A stretch of DNA of 41,249 nt from a virus (taxonomy: Duplodnaviria > Caudoviricetes). The translations under genes were made by a program, and so were the position numbers. Below, in pieces: positions 37,059-41,249 of the stretch. Every line of letters begins with the position of its first letter. The stretch's first letter is position 1. The stretch spans positions 1 to 41,249 of IMG/VR virus record IMGVR_UViG_3300023105_000066; one strand, written 5' to 3'. The notes under the pieces are model-generated. The model made no database searches and was not told the origin of the DNA. It saw only the letters and a program-made list of their open reading frames with translations.

Positions 37059-39191
37059 TTACATGAGGTGAAGCATTCGGCGTTCTGCTGTCATATGCTC
37101 ACCCTCGTCCGTACATCTTTCAAGATAAATCTTCGCAATGTGATCGGAGGGATCTTCGTTGATGACTTCTTGAAACGCCAATTCAGCACGAACAAAATCC
37201 CCTGACTGAAATGTGTCATAAGCCCGGTCAAAGAGAGGAAGCAATTTTTGCTTCCTTATGATCATTTCCTCTGTATAAACATCTAAAATTTGAAAAATAT
37301 CGGTTTTTTCTTCTTTCCCTTTCACTGCCACACGGTCTATCAATCGGAGCCGGTAGCGAGACTCTGGGAGCTTCTGGACCGTATGTCCAGACAATAGCAC
37401 CGGGCAATTATAATACTTCGTCAGAGCTTCGAGTCGAGAAGCAAGATTGACCGCATCTCCAATCACTGATGCTTCCATACGGTCATGTGTCCCTAATGTC
37501 CCAAGCATCAATCGTCCTGAGTTAATTCCAACACCAATCTTGATTGGATTTTGGTCATTCGCAATCAAATGATTATTGAACACTTGAAGTTTATGAATCA
37601 TGTCGATCGAAGCATCAACCGCATCTGTAATTTCACGATGAAAAATCGCCATGATTGAATCACCAATGAACTTGTTCACAAAACCATGATTATGTTTCAC
37701 AATTGGTGTCATATGATTCATGAAATCATTGATGAATTCAAAATTTTCTTCAGGTGTCATCTTCTCACTGATTGATGTGAAGTTGCGAATATCAGTGAAA
37801 AGAACTGCCATGTCATACGCTTTTTGTTGACCAAGTGTAATGTCAACAATACTTTTCTTTTTCAATAATAAATTTAATTCTTCTGGCACAAAACGAGCAT
37901 AAGATTCTTTGAGTGCCAATTGTGTTGTCAAATAATCAGATTCTGTTTGTCGTATCTTGAGTGTTGCGGTCACACCTAATAAACAAATCAAACCACCTAA
38001 TAAAAATTCTGAACTGGGTAAGGTATCAAAAGACACGTTGAATTTTAGAATCAAAATATATTTGATTGGTATCAGCAAAAGAAATAACATGCTGACTAAT
38101 AATGAAATTGAATATGACTTTCCTCTTTTACAGGATACAGCTGCAAATCCAATAAGAGGAACTAATTGAATCATCCAAAAGATAATAATCAATAGGGGTG
38201 GTATAAAAGAAGGACCTAAAGGTATATCAAAAATTGGAAATTGATTTAAATTCATTTCAAAGTCTGTAGGAAAATAAAAAAGTAATAATATATTACCAAT
38301 CAAAGCAAATAGCGTAACACTTTGCATTATAATTTGAATTCTTTTAAGATTCTTATAATAGTGTTCACTCTGAATCATGATATAAACAAACTGATTATAT
38401 GAGAAAATTCCAAAACTAACTACAATCGCATATAGATTTGAAATTGAAAAAATTTTTGGCGCATGAAGATAGTAACCAATACCTACTTCACCAAATGTAT
38501 ACAAAGATGCAGTACAAACTGTGATTGTGAAAAGCCAAAAATTATATTGACGGAAGTTGATCAGAAGTGTGATGAGAAAATAAAGAGCAAAGGTCCAAGC
38601 AAAAACAACAAAGATTGATTTTGAACCTATCGTGAAGAGAATATCTTTTTCAAGTGTGTCCCATTCTGTTAGATATATTTGTTCATATGGTCTTGTATTT
38701 CCATACCAACGATTAAAAGGATCTGCTTTTATCCAGCTATAAATCGTGACAGAGGAGCCAGGAGAAATTCGTATACGAATGTTATCATATGAATCTAAAC
38801 CGGTTAGAGAATCGAGAATTGAAAACTCATTATGTATATAAGTATGCTTCTCAACTTGATCCCTTACTTCAGCATAAACATATGCTTCTTCTAGATTTTC
38901 ATGACTAAGGCCAAAGTATGTAAAGTTTGTTGTATTATGAACTGTTAACTTGATCCAAAATCCACGAATATATGATTGTTCTTTTGTTAGGTTATCTGTC
39001 CATTTCGCTTTTTCTAGATCAGCATGAGACCTATTTTTACCATTCCAGAAACGGTTTGATGTTTCAAGATAAGAAACATAAGTTGATAGGTCAATTTTAG
39101 ATTTTTCTTTTGATTGAATAATGTATGTTTCTTTTGTGTATGCTAGAGTAGCGATCAATAACATACACAAAAAAAGAAATAATGATTTCAT
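37059..39191 (-). CDS. Membrane sensor class III nucleotidyl (probably adenylate) cyclase, 7TM-DISM-type input, C-terminal TPR-like tail
   Basis: Signal peptide, extracellular FWIKLTVHN beta-domain, about seven hydrophobic helices, then YARFVP, AVLFTDIRNFTSISE, VNKFIGDSIMAIF, IGVGINSG, VIGDAVNLASRLE, VAVKGK, and GDF..A...F......P.D..A..YLERC. Confidence 0.93.
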   Translation of the reverse strand: MKSLFLFLCMLLIATLAYTKETYIIQSKEKSKIDLSTYVSYLETSNRFWNGKNRSHADLEKAKWTDNLTKEQSYIRGFWIKLTVHNTTNFTYFGLSHENLEEAYVYAEVRDQVEKHTYIHNEFSILDSLTGLDSYDNIRIRISPGSSVTIYSWIKADPFNRWYGNTRPYEQIYLTEWDTLEKDILFTIGSKSIFVVFAWTFALYFLITLLINFRQYNFWLFTITVCTASLYTFGEVGIGYYLHAPKIFSISNLYAIVVSFGIFSYNQFVYIMIQSEHYYKNLKRIQIIMQSVTLFALIGNILLLFYFPTDFEMNLNQFPIFDIPLGPSFIPPLLIIIFWMIQLVPLIGFAAVSCKRGKSYSISLLVSMLFLLLIPIKYILILKFNVSFDTLPSSEFLLGGLICLLGVTATLKIRQTESDYLTTQLALKESYARFVPEELNLLLKKKSIVDITLGQQKAYDMAVLFTDIRNFTSISEKMTPEENFEFINDFMNHMTPIVKHNHGFVNKFIGDSIMAIFHREITDAVDASIDMIHKLQVFNNHLIANDQNPIKIGVGINSGRLMLGTLGTHDRMEASVIGDAVNLASRLEALTKYYNCPVLLSGHTVQKLPESRYRLRLIDRVAVKGKEEKTDIFQILDVYTEEMIIRKQKLLPLFDRAYDTFQSGDFVRAELAFQEVINEDPSDHIAKIYLERCTDEGEHMTAERRMLHLM

Positions 39192-39610
39192 TCTTCTATA
39201 GTAGCTGCTTTTGATTTTGCTGCTTGGTTATCTTTACGAACTATTTCAAGTTGTTCTATAATAGATGAGATACAATGTTCTGGTGAAATCACACCCATAA
39301 ATTCAACACCAAAAACATTTGTTCCCTCTTCTTGTGATTTAAATTTGCGAACCACACGGCAAGAAATATCATGACAGGGATGATGTTTAATTTTTATTTC
39401 ATCTGTTTTAGTATCAATTTCTTCGTCTGTTTGATAAAAATGTAATGATGTGGATGATTGAAGATTTAAATTTTTAGTTGTCATAAATCGACAACCAGCA
39501 TAACTCAAATCAACAACACGAACTAATTCTGAGATATGAGATGCTGTCAATCGAGCAGGAAGTAAAACACGATAACGGTCTTGTTTTCTTTGATTGTGCG
39601 TTGTTTTCAT
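39188..39610 (-). CDS. Stand-alone PilZ-domain protein (canonical c-di-GMP motifs)
   Basis: RxxxR (RKQDR), D/NxSxxG (DLSYAG), CRVVR...FGVEF. Confidence 0.88.
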   Translation of the reverse strand: MKTTHNQRKQDRYRVLLPARLTASHISELVRVVDLSYAGCRFMTTKNLNLQSSTSLHFYQTDEEIDTKTDEIKIKHHPCHDISCRVVRKFKSQEEGTNVFGVEFMGVISPEHCISSIIEQLEIVRKDNQAAKSKAATIEE

Positions 39611-40005
39611 TTTTTTGAATTTAGGTCAATAAGTTCTTGAATACCATGTTCATAAAAAACAGCGCCGCGGAAATCGACATTCACAACATAATTATCTCCT
39701 TTTCGATGAACATGAACAACACGGCCTGTAATTGGTGTACATGAAATAAAATCGTCACCTCGTTGTAAATAAAAGGTAATTTTTAGTAAACTTGAGGTGT
39801 TAACTAATTCGTGTGTAAAGATTTTTCCACCACCATGAGAAATATTCAAACATTTACCATAAAAGGGTTTTTTCTCTGGTGATTCATCGTCAATTGTGAC
39901 AGGGGCAAGACAAGAAACTCTCGGTAAATTTTCTTGTCTTCGACGGTCATCTCCCTTATAATGTGGCGTATCAATAAATTTTACGGTAGGATTATGGTCT
40001 TTCAT
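39607..40005 (-). CDS. Stand-alone PilZ-domain protein (atypical Arg spacing)
   Basis: DRRRQENLPR, NISHGG, GRVVHV...VNVDF. Confidence 0.8.
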   Translation of the reverse strand: MKDHNPTVKFIDTPHYKGDDRRRQENLPRVSCLAPVTIDDESPEKKPFYGKCLNISHGGGKIFTHELVNTSSLLKITFYLQRGDDFISCTPITGRVVHVHRKGDNYVVNVDFRGAVFYEHGIQELIDLNSKK

Positions 40006-40042
40006 AGTTTATTTTTGTTATAATATTTTCATTCAAATGATA

Positions 40043-40798
40043 TCACATCTTTACAGATAGATGAATTTCATTTCTTCTTAGGAACGGAATTGTCCACTGT
40101 GGATCATATCTTGCAATACGAACTGAACCTTCAATGACTAATCCTTTTTCATTTGCCCATGCGAGGAGTCCGCTTCCTAAGTCTTCAACTTTTTCCTTTG
40201 AAACAAAATTTGAAAATCTTCTTGTGATTACAAGTTCACCCTCTTTTTCTCGCAAACGAACAGCTGCACTTTTTGGAATTGGAGCATTATTCAAAGTATA
40301 TTTTGCGGGAAGACTGAATGACATGGTCCATTTTTGTTGAATTTCTATATCAAATTCAACCATTTCATCTGGTGTGATCATACTGACAACATCAGCCGGA
40401 CCACGAACAACAATCTGATCATTCAGGTCAAGAAGAACAGGACCTGTCATCTGAATTGATTCATTCGCATCAAGCATTACCGGTCCTGTCATATCAATTT
40501 CTTCATTTGACTTAAATACTTCACCTTCTTTCATTCTTGCTCGACGATGAGGTGAATTTCTTGCTATGTTCTCACCAAAAATGTAATCGGCTAAAATACG
40601 AAATCCTCTTCGTTGTGCCTCATCAATATCATCATCATAAATTGTGACTTCAGCAACAGTATATGGTTCATATTTTCGTAGCTCATAAGGCTGTTCATCA
40701 ATCATCACTTCATATTTTGGTTGTTCATAAGTTTGAACGCCAAAAATCGAACACCCTTGAATAACAAAGGCTGCTATAAGTAGGTATAGGTATTTCAT
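40043..40798 (-). CDS. SOUL/HBP family haem-binding lipoprotein
   Basis: Lipobox-like IQGC; YEQPKYEV, YELRKYEP, GFRILADYIFGEN, IxMTGPV, MSFSLPAKY...NAPIP, ARYDPQWTIPFLRRNEI. Confidence 0.92.
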   Translation of the reverse strand: MKYLYLLIAAFVIQGCSIFGVQTYEQPKYEVMIDEQPYELRKYEPYTVAEVTIYDDDIDEAQRRGFRILADYIFGENIARNSPHRRARMKEGEVFKSNEEIDMTGPVMLDANESIQMTGPVLLDLNDQIVVRGPADVVSMITPDEMVEFDIEIQQKWTMSFSLPAKYTLNNAPIPKSAAVRLREKEGELVITRRFSNFVSKEKVEDLGSGLLAWANEKGLVIEGSVRIARYDPQWTIPFLRRNEIHLSVKM

Positions 40799-40805
40799 TT
40801 GTATC

Positions 40806-41249
40806 CTATTCGGGTAAAACCGGAACTATAATTTCAACAGGAGTGCTGAAATAATCATCCGATGTATTGCTAATTTGATTTTTCTGATTATTTCCGATAC
40901 CGTAGTATCGGGCATCATCTTCATTACCTGTTCGAATAAGGACCGTATACCAGTTACCTGATACATCATTTACATTTTCTAAGCCTTCAACTTTAGTTGG
41001 TGTTGAAGTGTGGCCATTGATTGTTCCGTGGCCAAGAACACCATATGTATCATTACCCCAACTGTAAAGTTCACCATTTGCGGTGATTGCAAATGTCGAA
41101 TAGAAAGTGGACCAAATGAACTTCGCACGAAAGTTAGGAATTTCTTGTGGTATATGTGTGAATTCAGGCACAACATCTGTTGACACACCCAAAGCACCAT
41201 TGACATTTCTTCCCCAACATTTTACTTTTCCTTGTTTTGTTAACGCACA
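40806..41249 (-). CDS. RCC1/BLIP-II repeat beta-propeller protein; 5' end outside the window
   Basis: The frame stays open to the window edge: CALTKQGKVKCWGRNVNGALG..., FAITANGELYSWGNDTYGVLG...TPTKV, YGIGNNQKNQI. Confidence 0.88.
   Translation of the reverse strand, partial: CALTKQGKVKCWGRNVNGALGVSTDVVPEFTHIPQEIPNFRAKFIWSTFYSTFAITANGELYSWGNDTYGVLGHGTINGHTSTPTKVEGLENVNDVSGNWYTVLIRTGNEDDARYYGIGNNQKNQISNTSDDYFSTPVEIIVPVLPE

Noticed and set aside
37059-39191. Pycsar or CBASS defence system
   Set aside because: The architecture is a membrane sensor cyclase with adenylate-type residues; no cNMP-binding TIR/TM effector or CD-NTase is adjacent.
1146-41206. Other short nested or antisense ORFs in the track
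   Set aside because: They lie within long, well-supported genes and show no motifs; treated as shadow ORFs.
1-41249. Stop-codon reassignment, tRNA/rRNA genes, or a bacterial T6SS/eCIS locus
   Set aside because: TAA, TGA and TAG all end genes at tight junctions; no tRNA or rRNA was recognised by eye; gp4, gp53, gp6-7-8 and a Seg-like nuclease point to a T4-like phage.

Overview
AT-rich window (roughly one third G+C by eye) from a large T4-like myophage, probably a jumbo phage; the long ORFs read in the standard genetic code. Bases 1-33380 are a tail/baseplate module: gp4 (divergent, partial), two gp48-like paralogues, gp53, a hub protein, a lysozyme-less gp5 spike, about 12 kb of unassigned probable virion genes, then gp25, gp6, a 3083-aa gp7-like protein and an enlarged gp8. 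After a bidirectional terminator come a GIY-YIG homing endonuclease, a DUF6356-like gene, a repeat fibre protein and a secreted protein. The right end is a minus-strand cluster: RCC1-repeat protein, SOUL haem-binding lipoprotein, two stand-alone PilZ proteins and a 7TM-DISM-type class III nucleotidyl cyclase. Best leads: (1) this apparent phage-borne second-messenger cassette; (2) an intein/Hint-like region in gp7 where a C-terminal splice motif (IVTGN/S) lies six residues before an N-terminal one (SYLPTAEIFTERGW); (3) a 140-nt, 56% GC, potentially structured island inside gp7. All assignments come from motif recognition by eye; no database searches were run.
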